From Spirochaetia bacterium (GTDB lineage: Bacteria > Spirochaetota > Spirochaetia > SZUA-6 > Bin103), in the NCBI GenBank assembly GCA_965203905.1, contig CBDBDQ010000005.1, forward strand, positions 4,288,001 to 4,352,000: 64,000 nucleotides of DNA, given 5' to 3'. The first letter of the stretch is position 1. Every line of letters begins with the position of its first letter. The position numbers and the translations under genes are program-made. Shown here piece after piece: positions 37,473-46,781 of this stretch. Under the pieces are notes generated by a model. It worked only from the letters and a program-made list of their open reading frames with translations. It ran no database searches and was not told the origin of the DNA.

Positions 37473-38621
37473 GTGCCGAGCATAACGGTTCGCGACCTGA
37501 CCATCCGCTACGACCAGGTGCTGGCCGTGAACAACCTGGCGCTGCACGTGGAGGAGGGCGAGTTCATGGTGCTGCTCGGAGCGTCCGGGAGCGGCAAGAC
37601 CTCCACGTTGCGCGCCATCGCCGGATTGGAGCGGCCTGCCGAGGGTGAGATCACGTTCGGCGACCGGTGCATGTTCTCGGCACCGCTGGCGGTCGACGTG
37701 CCGCCGGCGCGCCGCGGCGTGGGGATGGTATTTCAGAACTACGCGCTGTATCCCCACATGACCGCGATGCAGAACGTTGCGTTTCCGCTCAAGACGCAGC
37801 GCGTGCCGCGGGAGAAGATCGCCCTGGCCGTGGAGCAGGCGCTGGCGCTGGTCGATCTGACCGGACTGGAGGAGCGTTACCCGCGCCAGCTCAGCGGCGG
37901 CCAGCAGCAGCGGGTTGCGCTGGCCCGGATGCTGGTGGGGCAACCCGAGGTGCTGCTGTTCGACGAGCCCCTCTCCAACGTCGACGCCAAGCTGCGGGTG
38001 GCGCTGCGCACCGATCTGAAGCGCCTGCAGCGCAGGATCGGCGCCACTTCACTGTACGTGACCCACGATGTCTCCGAGGCGTTCTCCATGGCCGACCGCA
38101 TCGCCATCATGTTCCACGGCGTCGTGCACCAGATCGGCCGCGCCGACGACCTGTACCACCGTCCGGAGACGCTGCAGGTGGCAGAGATGACCGGGCTCCC
38201 GCAGTCCAACCTGATACCAGTCACGGTCTCGCGCAGCAATTGCCACGTCCTGCTGGCCCCGGAGGCCGACCCGACGCGGCCGTTTCCGCTCCCCACGATG
38301 AAGGGCGTCTTCAACGGGCAGCGGGCGGTGGTGAACGTGCGCGTCGAGGATCTGGAGATCATCGGCACCGGGCAGGCGGAGGGAGCCGGGCCGCTGTTCG
38401 AGGTGTTCGCCGTGCTGCCGCAAGGCGCGGCGACCCTGATTCACCTGCGTTTCGCCGGGCGCCGGGAAGAACTGGTGGCGCGGGTGCCGCGCGCCGCTCC
38501 GGCATGGCGCCACGGTCAACGCGCCCACCTGCGGCTGCGGCGCGGCAACCTCTACGACGCCGCTACCGAGCGCCTGATCGACTCGTTCGACGCCACCGTG
38601 CGGCCGGCGGATTCCGCCTGA
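37473..38621 (+). CDS. MalK/MsmX-like ABC ATP-binding protein (orphan)
   Basis: GASGSGKTS, MVFQNYALYPHM, LSGGQQQR, FDEPLSN; GTG start inferred. Confidence 0.88.
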   Translation: MPSITVRDLTIRYDQVLAVNNLALHVEEGEFMVLLGASGSGKTSTLRAIAGLERPAEGEITFGDRCMFSAPLAVDVPPARRGVGMVFQNYALYPHMTAMQNVAFPLKTQRVPREKIALAVEQALALVDLTGLEERYPRQLSGGQQQRVALARMLVGQPEVLLFDEPLSNVDAKLRVALRTDLKRLQRRIGATSLYVTHDVSEAFSMADRIAIMFHGVVHQIGRADDLYHRPETLQVAEMTGLPQSNLIPVTVSRSNCHVLLAPEADPTRPFPLPTMKGVFNGQRAVVNVRVEDLEIIGTGQAEGAGPLFEVFAVLPQGAATLIHLRFAGRREELVARVPRAAPAWRHGQRAHLRLRRGNLYDAATERLIDSFDATVRPADSA

Positions 38622-40256
38622 TCAAGCGGACGGCGCGGGCCGGGTTGCAGCAGGCTCGGCGGCAGACTTGCGCGCGAGCTGGGCGCGGATGTCCTCGAAG
38701 CTGATCCCGTAACGGCGCGCCACGTCACGGGCGTAGCTGAGGCCGACCGGCGGGCCGGGCCGGATCCGGTAGGTGCGGCGCACTTCGCCGATACCGTCAT
38801 TGCCGGCGCCGTTGGACTCGATCCCCGCCACCATGCTCACCAGCCGGCTGGCGCCTTCCACTTCCCGGTTGATCGCATCGACCCGTTCCCCCAGCTCGTG
38901 CAGGTGGGTGGCGAACACCGCGCGTGCCCCCAGCAGGCGCAGGCCTCGCACCACGTCCTGCGCCAGGTACAGGCTCTCGCTGGGGCTGGTGCTGGCCAGC
39001 GACTCGTTCATCAGGATCAGGCTGTGCTCACTGGCGGCGCCAAAGATGGCGGACAGGCGGCGCGCCTCCTCCGCCAGGCGGCCGCCCTCGGCGTGGCCGG
39101 GCTCATCTACCGGAAAGTGGGTGCCGACCACGTCCGCCGGACTCACGGTTGCCGCTTCGGCGGGCGCGTAGAGACCGGCCTGAGCCAGCACCTGCAGCAA
39201 GCCCACGGCCCGCGTGAAGGTGGTCTTGCCGCCCTGATTGGGACCGGTGAGCACCAGGATCCTGCCGGTGCCGTCCATGTCGAGATCGTTGCCCACGATG
39301 GCCGCCGCACGTTCCTCGGAGCTACCCAGGGCCAGGTTGACGTTGTACAACCGGCTCACCTGCAGGCGGCGCTCGGCGCTGGGTGCCAGCCGCGGGCGGC
39401 AGATCGGCAGTCCGCGCGCCCGGAGCCGCTCGAAGAGCTGTGCCGCGCCCAAATAGAAGGCGATCTCGCGTTCCAACGAGAGCAGGTCCTGGACCTGCAG
39501 GCGCACGTACTGGCCGAGCGCCTTGGCCAGGGGCCGCGCCACGGCACCCAGAATCCGATCCAGATCGCCGAACAGGGTCCCCATCGCCGCCACCCGCTTG
39601 ATGCTGGCCACCGGCTGGTAGGGCGAGGCGGCGCCGAAGATGCGGCTCAGCAGCGGTCGCTCGGCGAATTTTTCTTCGTGTACGGCCAGCAGCGTGGCTT
39701 CCGAGGGCCGGAGCTGGTCGTCCAGGTTGATGCCGATGCTGACGCTGGCGCGCCGCTTCAGGCCGCCGCGCAGCGCCGGCAGCTCCTGCAGCAGCCGCTG
39801 GTACACCGGGTCCGCCTGGCGCCGCCGGACGAATGCCAGCAGCGCCCGCAGCCCCGCCGACTCCAGCTCCGGGAGCTGGGCGGCGTCAGCCAGCCGCTGC
39901 AGACACGCCACGTAGGTCTCCAGCTCGCCCAGGCGCCACACCGCCTGCTGCAGCGGCGCGCTCTGCTCCTTGCGGGTGGTGGTGAAGAACGCCAGCTCGC
40001 GCAGCATCGGCCGCGCCTCGCGCAACACCTCGCGCAGCGGAGCGGAGCCCAGCACGTCGGCCAGCACGCTCTGGCGGTAGTGGATCGTGGCGACGTCCTG
40101 GCACAGCTCGAAGAGCAGCTCTTCCGGCAGTCCGAACTGCTCCCGCAACGCCGCCAGTCCGGTATCGGCGGCGGCCTGCCGGTCGAGCCGCGGGCGGCCG
40201 GGAGCCGTGCCGGCAGAGGGATAGCACAGGCTCACCCTGTCCTGGGCGGGGTCCAT
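38622..40256 (-). CDS. MutS-related ATPase (domain V, no mismatch-binding domain)
   Basis: LTGPNQGGKTTF, LAQAG, GRLAEE, LMNESLAST, FATHLHEL, SYARDVA. Confidence 0.85.
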   Translation of the reverse strand: MDPAQDRVSLCYPSAGTAPGRPRLDRQAAADTGLAALREQFGLPEELLFELCQDVATIHYRQSVLADVLGSAPLREVLREARPMLRELAFFTTTRKEQSAPLQQAVWRLGELETYVACLQRLADAAQLPELESAGLRALLAFVRRRQADPVYQRLLQELPALRGGLKRRASVSIGINLDDQLRPSEATLLAVHEEKFAERPLLSRIFGAASPYQPVASIKRVAAMGTLFGDLDRILGAVARPLAKALGQYVRLQVQDLLSLEREIAFYLGAAQLFERLRARGLPICRPRLAPSAERRLQVSRLYNVNLALGSSEERAAAIVGNDLDMDGTGRILVLTGPNQGGKTTFTRAVGLLQVLAQAGLYAPAEAATVSPADVVGTHFPVDEPGHAEGGRLAEEARRLSAIFGAASEHSLILMNESLASTSPSESLYLAQDVVRGLRLLGARAVFATHLHELGERVDAINREVEGASRLVSMVAGIESNGAGNDGIGEVRRTYRIRPGPPVGLSYARDVARRYGISFEDIRAQLARKSAAEPAATRPAPSA

Positions 40257-40373
40257 GCACCAATGCTAACGAGTGCCTCCCCGTCCTCGCAACGCCCCGC
40301 CCGCGGGTGCCGCCCGCGGCGCGGGCGCCGGCACGCTTGCGACGAATCCGCGCCCGGCGCAGAATGCATCGCC

Positions 40374-41258
40374 ATGGAACAGTCCACGTCAGCGAACGGC
40401 TCCTGGAACGACCATCGTCTCGCCCTGGCCGAGGCCGAAGCGTTTGCGCGTGACGGCGTTCTGGTGCTGCCGGACCGCCTTCCGGAGCAGGTGACCGACC
40501 GCCTCGAGGAGGCCTTCGACAAGGTGTGGGCCGCGCAGCGGGCGGCACACAACAAGAGCAAGCTGGACAAGTTCAACATGTACGATTTTCTCAGCCAGGA
40601 CGAGCGCTTCCTGGAGATGATCGACTGGCCGGCCAGCTTCCCCAAGGTGGTGGACATCCTGGGCTGGAACATCCAGATCTACCACACTCACATGATGATC
40701 ACTCCCGGCGCGGGACAGGGCGCCGACCCGGGGAAGCGCGGCTGGCACCAGGACAGCGACCGGCTCAACCGCGAGCTGGAAACCGATCCGCAGCCGCGCG
40801 TATCACTGAAGGTGGCCTTCTTCCTGAGCGATTGCAGCGTTGCCGGACGCGGCAACTTCGGCGCCGTCCCCGGCAGTCACCTGACCAATGCGCTGGTAGA
40901 TCCGGAGCGCCGAGACGTCGACCCGCCGGGCGCCACCGTGGTGCTGGTGCCGCGTGGCGGCATGGTAATGTTCGACCGGCGCATCTGGCACACCGGGACC
41001 GAGAACTACGCCGACTTCCCGCGCAAGGCTTTGTTTTATGGGTACAGCTACCGCTGGCTGCGGCCGCGTGACGACATGCAGGTGACGCACTACCTGGAGC
41101 GCTGCGATCCGATCCGCCGCCAGTTGCTCGGCACCAGTCCGAGCGGCGGCCATGGCTACACCTCGCCGCAGCCGGGGGATGTCCCGTTGCGTGCCTGGCT
41201 GGAGCAGAATCCGACCGATCCCGCGGTCGCCGCGGCGGCCGGCACGCCCACCTCGTAG
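40374..41258 (+). CDS. Phytanoyl-CoA dioxygenase (PhyH) family Fe/2OG enzyme, copy A
   Basis: F..DG.LVL, WHQDS (HxD), VPGSH, DRRIWHTG, RKALF. Confidence 0.88.
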   Translation: MEQSTSANGSWNDHRLALAEAEAFARDGVLVLPDRLPEQVTDRLEEAFDKVWAAQRAAHNKSKLDKFNMYDFLSQDERFLEMIDWPASFPKVVDILGWNIQIYHTHMMITPGAGQGADPGKRGWHQDSDRLNRELETDPQPRVSLKVAFFLSDCSVAGRGNFGAVPGSHLTNALVDPERRDVDPPGATVVLVPRGGMVMFDRRIWHTGTENYADFPRKALFYGYSYRWLRPRDDMQVTHYLERCDPIRRQLLGTSPSGGHGYTSPQPGDVPLRAWLEQNPTDPAVAAAAGTPTS

Positions 41259-41313
41259 CCGCCCCGCCGCCGTACTTGCTTTGCAGCGGTGGCCGGCGAC
41301 AGAATGGAGCGTC

Positions 41314-42237
41314 ATGGGTAAATCCACGTTCACCGCGGACGGCAGCGCGCCGTTCGTGTTCGACGACAACTGGGAGAACTTTGGCAATCTGCGGCCGGAC
41401 TCTCGGCGTCTGAGCGAGACCAACGGCGCCGGTCTCCCGGTGGTCCAGCTTACCGAGGAGCAGAAGTTCGCGTTCGATACTCAGGGATGGTTGTGCATCC
41501 CCGGGGTGCTCGACGAAGCGGAACTGGAACCGATGCGGGAGTTCTGCTATCGGCTGAAGGATGATCCCGGATCGCTGCCGCCGCATCAGCGCACTCCCAT
41601 TGCGGGGCCGCTGGAGGTGTTGGTCGATCACCCCGTGGTGGTAGGATTCTGCAACGAGTTCCTCTCCTATCCTCGCCTCGACGGCGCCGACCATTACGGT
41701 TTCCGCTTCGAGACCAGCTTCCTGTACTATCGCGAATTGGGGATGGGAAAGTTCAGCCCGCACAACGGCAACGGAGTGTGGCGGCTGCCCGGCAGCTCGC
41801 ACGAGTATCGCGCCATCCCCGGCAAGGCCTACTCCGGACTGACGCGCTGCGTGTGGGAGCTCAACCCGGTGCTCGCGGGGGACGGCGGCACGCTGTTCGT
41901 GAACGGCAGCCACAAGGCGGCCTACACCTTGCCGCCCTCGATCTACGAGCAGGAGTCGCCGCTGTGGAGCAGCTACTCGTGTCCGGCCGGCTCGGTGGTC
42001 TTCTTCAGCGAGGCCACCACCCACAGCGCCCGTCCCTGGACCAACCCGGAGGTGCCGCGGGTGGCGATCTTCAACCAGTACAACGGTATCGGCAGCCGTT
42101 TCCACTGGTGGGAGCCGCCGCGCGAGCTGCTGGAATCGATGCCCAGAAAGCGCCGCTCCCTGTTCCGTCACGCCTACGGCGAGGCGGCCAACACGGGACT
42201 GGAAACGCGCAACCTGTTCGCCCGTGCGCTGGGTTGA
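41314..42237 (+). CDS. PhyH-like Fe/2OG enzyme with HxG motif (gene B)
   Basis: LTEEQKFAFDTQGWL, PHNG in place of HxD, GGTLFVNGSHK, PAGSVVFFSEATTH, R.AIF. Confidence 0.8.
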   Translation: MGKSTFTADGSAPFVFDDNWENFGNLRPDSRRLSETNGAGLPVVQLTEEQKFAFDTQGWLCIPGVLDEAELEPMREFCYRLKDDPGSLPPHQRTPIAGPLEVLVDHPVVVGFCNEFLSYPRLDGADHYGFRFETSFLYYRELGMGKFSPHNGNGVWRLPGSSHEYRAIPGKAYSGLTRCVWELNPVLAGDGGTLFVNGSHKAAYTLPPSIYEQESPLWSSYSCPAGSVVFFSEATTHSARPWTNPEVPRVAIFNQYNGIGSRFHWWEPPRELLESMPRKRRSLFRHAYGEAANTGLETRNLFARALG

Positions 42238-42241
42238 CGCG

Positions 42242-43132
42242 GTGCCTTCGGCTGACGGCGGCGCCGCGAACGGCGCCTGGAACGACCACCGCCTGACCCT
42301 GGCCGAGGGCGAGGCGTTTGCCCGTGACGGCTTCCTGGTGCTCCCGGAGCGCCTGCCGGAGCAGGTGACGGACCGCCTCGAGGAGGCATTCGACAAGGTG
42401 TGGGCCGCGGAGCGGGCGGCACGGGGAAAGGGCGAGCTGGAAAAGTTCAACATGCTCGATTTCCTCAGCAAGGACGACCGCTTCCTGGAGATGATCGATT
42501 GGCCGGCCAGCTTTCCCAGGGTGGTCGACATCCTGGGCTGGAATATCCAGATCTACCACACCCACATGATGTTCTCTCCCGGCGCCGGCCAGGGCGCCGA
42601 TCCGGGGAAGCGTGGCTGGCACCAGGACAGCGGCCGCCTCAATCGCGAGCTGGAGACCGATCCGCAGCCGCGCGTATCACTGAAGGTAGCTTTCTTCCTG
42701 ACCGACTGCAGCGTCGCGGGACGCGGCAACTTCGGCGCCGTCCCCGGCAGTCACCTGACGAATGCGCTGGTGGATCCGGAGCGCACCGACGTCGACCCGC
42801 CGGGAGCCACCGTGGTGCTGGTGCCGCGTGGCGGCATGGTGCTGTTCGATCGGCGCATCTGGCACACCGGGACCGAGAACTACGCCGACTATCCGCGCAA
42901 GGCGCTGTTCTACGGGTACAGCTACCGTTGGCTGCGGCCGCGCGACGACATGCAGGTGGCGCACTACCTGGAGCGCAGCGACCCGATCCGGCGCCAGTTG
43001 CTGGGCACCAGTCCGAGCGGCGGCCGCGGCTACACCTCGCCGCAGCCGGAGGATGTTCCGTTGCGCACCTGGCTGGAGCAGAATCCGACCGATCCGTCGG
43101 TCGCTGCCGCCGCCGGCGCGCCACCCTCCTAA
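42242..43132 (+). CDS. PhyH family Fe/2OG enzyme, copy A'
   Basis: Close paralogue of 40374-41258; WHQDS, IWHTG; GTG start inferred. Confidence 0.85.
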   Translation: MPSADGGAANGAWNDHRLTLAEGEAFARDGFLVLPERLPEQVTDRLEEAFDKVWAAERAARGKGELEKFNMLDFLSKDDRFLEMIDWPASFPRVVDILGWNIQIYHTHMMFSPGAGQGADPGKRGWHQDSGRLNRELETDPQPRVSLKVAFFLTDCSVAGRGNFGAVPGSHLTNALVDPERTDVDPPGATVVLVPRGGMVLFDRRIWHTGTENYADYPRKALFYGYSYRWLRPRDDMQVAHYLERSDPIRRQLLGTSPSGGRGYTSPQPEDVPLRTWLEQNPTDPSVAAAAGAPPS

Positions 43133-43143
43133 CGCCCGTCGCC

Positions 43144-44355
43144 TTGCCGTCAGCGCAACCGCGCAACCGCACGACTTCACGCGCGGGGGGCGACATCGCC
43201 GAGCCCGCCGAGTTGGTGCGTGCGATTCACGCCGCGCCGCAGCAGACGGTGCTGGAGTTGGCCGGCGGCACCCAGGCGCTGGCGTGGCTGCACGCCGTGG
43301 GCGGTTCTTCACGCACGGTGCTGGAGGCCACCGACCGCTACAGCGCGGCCTCGCTTGCCGCGCTGCTCGGCCAACCGCCGGAGAAGGCGGTGACCCGCGA
43401 CGTCGCCGTCGCCATGGCGGCCGCCGCACGCCGCCGGGCGCGGGACCTGGCCGCACCGGGAACCCCGGTGGTGGGGGTGGCGTGCAGCGCGGCACTGGCC
43501 AGCGACCGGCCGCGGCGCGGGGCGCACCACGCGGTGGTGGCGGTGGCCGATGCCCTGGGTGCCGCGGTGTGCGAGTTGGAGTTGGCCAAGGGGACGCGCA
43601 CCCGCCGCCAGGAGGAGGCGGTGGTAAGCCTGCTGCTGCTGACCGAGCTGGCCGCGGCCTGCGGGGTAGCGGTGCCGGAGCCGGCGGCCGCCGCCGCTCC
43701 TGGTGACGCGATACAGCGCGGGTTCCGGCCCGCACCACGGTTCGCCGCTCTCGGGGCCGGCGCCGCCGACTGGCTGCTGCTGGACGCCGCCGGCTGCGTC
43801 GTGGAGCAGGGCAGCGGCTGGGATCGCGTGGCCCTGCTGTCCGGCTCCTACCATCCGCTGCATGGCGGCCACCTGGCGCTGGCCGCAGCCGCCGCCGCGC
43901 TGCTGCGGCGCCGGGTGGTGTTCGAGCTGACCCTGGTCAACGCCGACAAGGCCGCCATCGGCCTGCCGGAGGCGCGGCGGCGTGCCGCCCAGTTCGCCGG
44001 CCGCGCGCCGTTGCTGCTGTCACGCGAGCCGCTGTTCGCGGCCAAGGCGGCGTTGTTTCCGGGGGCGGTGTTCGTGGTCGGCGTGGACACCGCCGCGCGG
44101 CTGGTCGACCGGCGCTTCTACGGCAACTCCGCCACCGCGATGCAGCGGGCGCTGGCGGACGTGGCGCGCTACGGCTGCAGCTTCCTGGTCGCCGGGAGAC
44201 TGGTCGAGGAGCGCTACCGCACCCTGGCCGACCTCGCTCTGCCGCTGCCGCCCGCGCTGCGCGCGCTGTTCCGGGAGCTGCCCGAGGAATCGTTCCGCTG
44301 TGACCTCTCCTCCAGCGAAATCCGTGCCCGCGCTACGCAGCGGGCCACCAGGTGA
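43144..44355 (+). CDS. CinA-like domain fused to HxGH nucleotidyltransferase (NadD/cytidylyltransferase-like)
   Basis: GGSSRTVLEA...Y, AMA..ARRRA, GVACSAALASDRPRRG (CinA-like); SGSYHPLHGGH, NADK, VGVDT, DLSSSEIR; start uncertain. Confidence 0.75.
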   Translation: MPSAQPRNRTTSRAGGDIAEPAELVRAIHAAPQQTVLELAGGTQALAWLHAVGGSSRTVLEATDRYSAASLAALLGQPPEKAVTRDVAVAMAAAARRRARDLAAPGTPVVGVACSAALASDRPRRGAHHAVVAVADALGAAVCELELAKGTRTRRQEEAVVSLLLLTELAAACGVAVPEPAAAAAPGDAIQRGFRPAPRFAALGAGAADWLLLDAAGCVVEQGSGWDRVALLSGSYHPLHGGHLALAAAAAALLRRRVVFELTLVNADKAAIGLPEARRRAAQFAGRAPLLLSREPLFAAKAALFPGAVFVVGVDTAARLVDRRFYGNSATAMQRALADVARYGCSFLVAGRLVEERYRTLADLALPLPPALRALFRELPEESFRCDLSSSEIRARATQRATR

Positions 44356-45665
44356 AAACGCGCCAGGCCGGTGCGGCACCGCCGGCCGGACGCATCTACT
44401 ACGGCTGGGTCATCGTCGCCAGCTTCTTCGTGCTCAACATCGCGGGGCAGGCCAGTGGCACCCTCAACTTCGGCCTGTTCGTCATTCCCATCAGCGAGGA
44501 GCTGGGGCTGTCGCGGCAGACGATCGGCTGGGCGCAGACCGGCCGTTTGTGGGCGGGCGGCCTGAGCGGCGTGGCGATCGGCTGGTGGCTGGATCGCTAC
44601 GGGCCGCGGGTGCCGGTGCTGGTGGCGATCGTGGTCGCCACCGTCGGGCTGCTGGTGCTCGCGCGCGCGCAGTCGGCGGCGGTGCTGTTCGGCGTGCTGC
44701 TGGCCCTGGGCGCCAGCGGCTGGACCGCGGCAGGCGGCGGCGCACTGTTCGCCACCGTGCCGGTGGCCAAGTGGTTCATCCGCCTGCGCGGCCGCGCCAC
44801 CGGCATGGTGCAGCTCGGCCTCGGTGTCGGCGGCGCCGTGTTCCTGCCGCTGACCCAGGTGCTGATCAGCAATCACGGCTGGCGCTCGGCCTGGGTCACG
44901 CTCGCCTGGCTGTCGGCTGCCATGCTGCCCCTGGTGCTGTTGCTGCGGCGCCAGCCCAGCGACCTTGGCCTGGAACCGGACGGCGGCCCCGGTGGAGCGT
45001 CGCGCCGGCGCACAGGGAGTCGCGCGCGATCAGCCGGCGAAGCTGGGTGCGCGCCACCCGCGGCCACCCACGCCTGGACCCTGCGCGCCGCCGCGCGCAC
45101 CGCGACCATGTGGCAGCTCAGCGGGGCGTTCGCGATCCTCGCCTGCCTGCTCGGTGCAGCCAGCGTGCACCGGGTTCCACACTGGGTGGAGCTGGGCTTC
45201 AGCCCCGGCACCGTGTCCTTCGCCTTCGGCGTCGATGCCGCTACCGCCACCATCACGGCGCTGGCGGCGGGGTTCCTGGTGGAGCGCCGGCAGCCCCGGA
45301 TCGTCGGCGCGGCTTCCTGCGGCCTGTTCTGTGCCTCCTTGCTGCTGATGGTGCTCGCCCGGGCGTGGCCACCGCTGCTGTTCTCTTCCACCGTGCTGTT
45401 CGGGGCCGGCGTCGGTCTCAACATGGTGGTGCAGGGGGTGATCTGGGCGCAGTACTACGGCTGGCGTTTCGTCGGCACCATCCGCGGCGTGGTGCTGCCG
45501 CTGATCGTGCTTGCCGGCGGGCTGAGCGCCCCGCTGGCCGGCGCTCTGCGCGATGCCAGCGGCAGCTACCGCATCTCCTGGTTGGCCGCGCTGGTGCTGT
45601 GCGCCGTGGCCGGCGTGTTGATCTTCAGCACGCAACCGCCGCGGCCGGCGGCTCGCGCCGGTTGA
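44352..45665 (+). CDS. MFS transporter (OFA/MCT-like)
   Basis: IYYGWVIV, GWWLDRYGPR motif A, KWF..RGRA.G, YYG....GTIRG. Confidence 0.88.
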   Translation: MKTRQAGAAPPAGRIYYGWVIVASFFVLNIAGQASGTLNFGLFVIPISEELGLSRQTIGWAQTGRLWAGGLSGVAIGWWLDRYGPRVPVLVAIVVATVGLLVLARAQSAAVLFGVLLALGASGWTAAGGGALFATVPVAKWFIRLRGRATGMVQLGLGVGGAVFLPLTQVLISNHGWRSAWVTLAWLSAAMLPLVLLLRRQPSDLGLEPDGGPGGASRRRTGSRARSAGEAGCAPPAATHAWTLRAAARTATMWQLSGAFAILACLLGAASVHRVPHWVELGFSPGTVSFAFGVDAATATITALAAGFLVERRQPRIVGAASCGLFCASLLLMVLARAWPPLLFSSTVLFGAGVGLNMVVQGVIWAQYYGWRFVGTIRGVVLPLIVLAGGLSAPLAGALRDASGSYRISWLAALVLCAVAGVLIFSTQPPRPAARAG

Positions 45666-45738
45666 CCGCGCACCGGGCGGTCGCGGCAGGCGTGCCGCGG
45701 TTGCGGCACAGCGCCGGCCGCGCCACTATGTCGCCGCC

Positions 45739-46737
45739 ATGCCTGAGTTCTCCGACCTGTGCCTGACCACCATCGAGACCCACACCGCGGGCCACCCCAC
45801 GCGGGTGGTGGTGGATGGCCTGCCGGCCTTCGGCGGCGATTCCGTGGCCGCGCAGCGGGCCTGCGCCCGCGCGGAGCACGATGCGTTGCGCACCCTGCTG
45901 TGCCGCGAGCCGCGTGGCCATGAGGCGATGTACGCCGCCTACGTGGTGCCGTCGCGGGTCGCCGACGCGGGCGTGATCTTCTGCAGCCAGGTCGGTTACG
46001 ACGACATGTGCGGCCACGGCACCATCGGCGTGGTTACCGCCCTGCTGCAGGGCGGCCGCCTGCCGCGCCGTGCCGAGGTGCGCCTGGAGACGCCTGCCGG
46101 GGTAGTGACGGCGCAGCCCCGGTGGCAGGGAGAGCGGGTGGCCGCGGTGAGCTTCGACAGCGTGCCCGCGTTCGTGCAGCACCGCGACGTGACGGTGGAG
46201 CTGCCCGGTGTGGGCACCGTGCACGGCGACATTGCCTTCGGCGGCAACTGGTACCTGTACGTGGACGCCACCGAGGTGCAGCAGGAGATTGCGCCGGCCA
46301 GCGTCCCGGCGCTGCTGCGACTGGGCAACACGCTCAAGAAGGCGTGGAACCGCGACGGCCGGCTCCAGCATCCGGAGCAGGAGCACATCGCCCGCGGCCT
46401 GATCGGCGTCTCGTTCTACGGGCCGCCGCGGCGCCGGGCGGACGCCCACCAGGCCAACCTGGTGGTGGAAAGCGCGACCTTCTACGACCGCTCCCCCTGC
46501 GGCACCGGCACTTGCGGGCGCATGGCGGTGCTGCACGCCCGCGGCGCCCTGGCGGTGGGCCAGGAGTTCCGCAACGAGGGCATCACCGGTGGGCTGTTCA
46601 CGGCCCGGATCACCGCCGAGACCAGTGTAGGGCGGCTGCCGGCGGTGCAGCCCCGGCTCACCGGATCGGCGTGGGTGATGGGGCACGCGGAATGGAGCCT
46701 GGATCCGACCGATCCCCTCGGCAGCGCCGGCTGGTAG
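45739..46737 (+). CDS. Proline racemase / hydroxyproline 2-epimerase family (two catalytic Cys)
   Basis: HTAGHPTR, EPRGH, MCGHGTIG, DRSPCGTGT. Confidence 0.92.
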   Translation: MPEFSDLCLTTIETHTAGHPTRVVVDGLPAFGGDSVAAQRACARAEHDALRTLLCREPRGHEAMYAAYVVPSRVADAGVIFCSQVGYDDMCGHGTIGVVTALLQGGRLPRRAEVRLETPAGVVTAQPRWQGERVAAVSFDSVPAFVQHRDVTVELPGVGTVHGDIAFGGNWYLYVDATEVQQEIAPASVPALLRLGNTLKKAWNRDGRLQHPEQEHIARGLIGVSFYGPPRRRADAHQANLVVESATFYDRSPCGTGTCGRMAVLHARGALAVGQEFRNEGITGGLFTARITAETSVGRLPAVQPRLTGSAWVMGHAEWSLDPTDPLGSAGW

Positions 46738-46781
46738 CGAAGCGGGCGCGCGGCCGGCTCAAGCGGAGTAATGCCGCGGCA

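Larger units (their letters stand above)
40392..43132 (+). repeat. Direct duplication: 40392-41258 and 42266-43132
   Basis: Near-identical DNA with the same 1874-bp offset at both ends. Confidence 0.9.
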
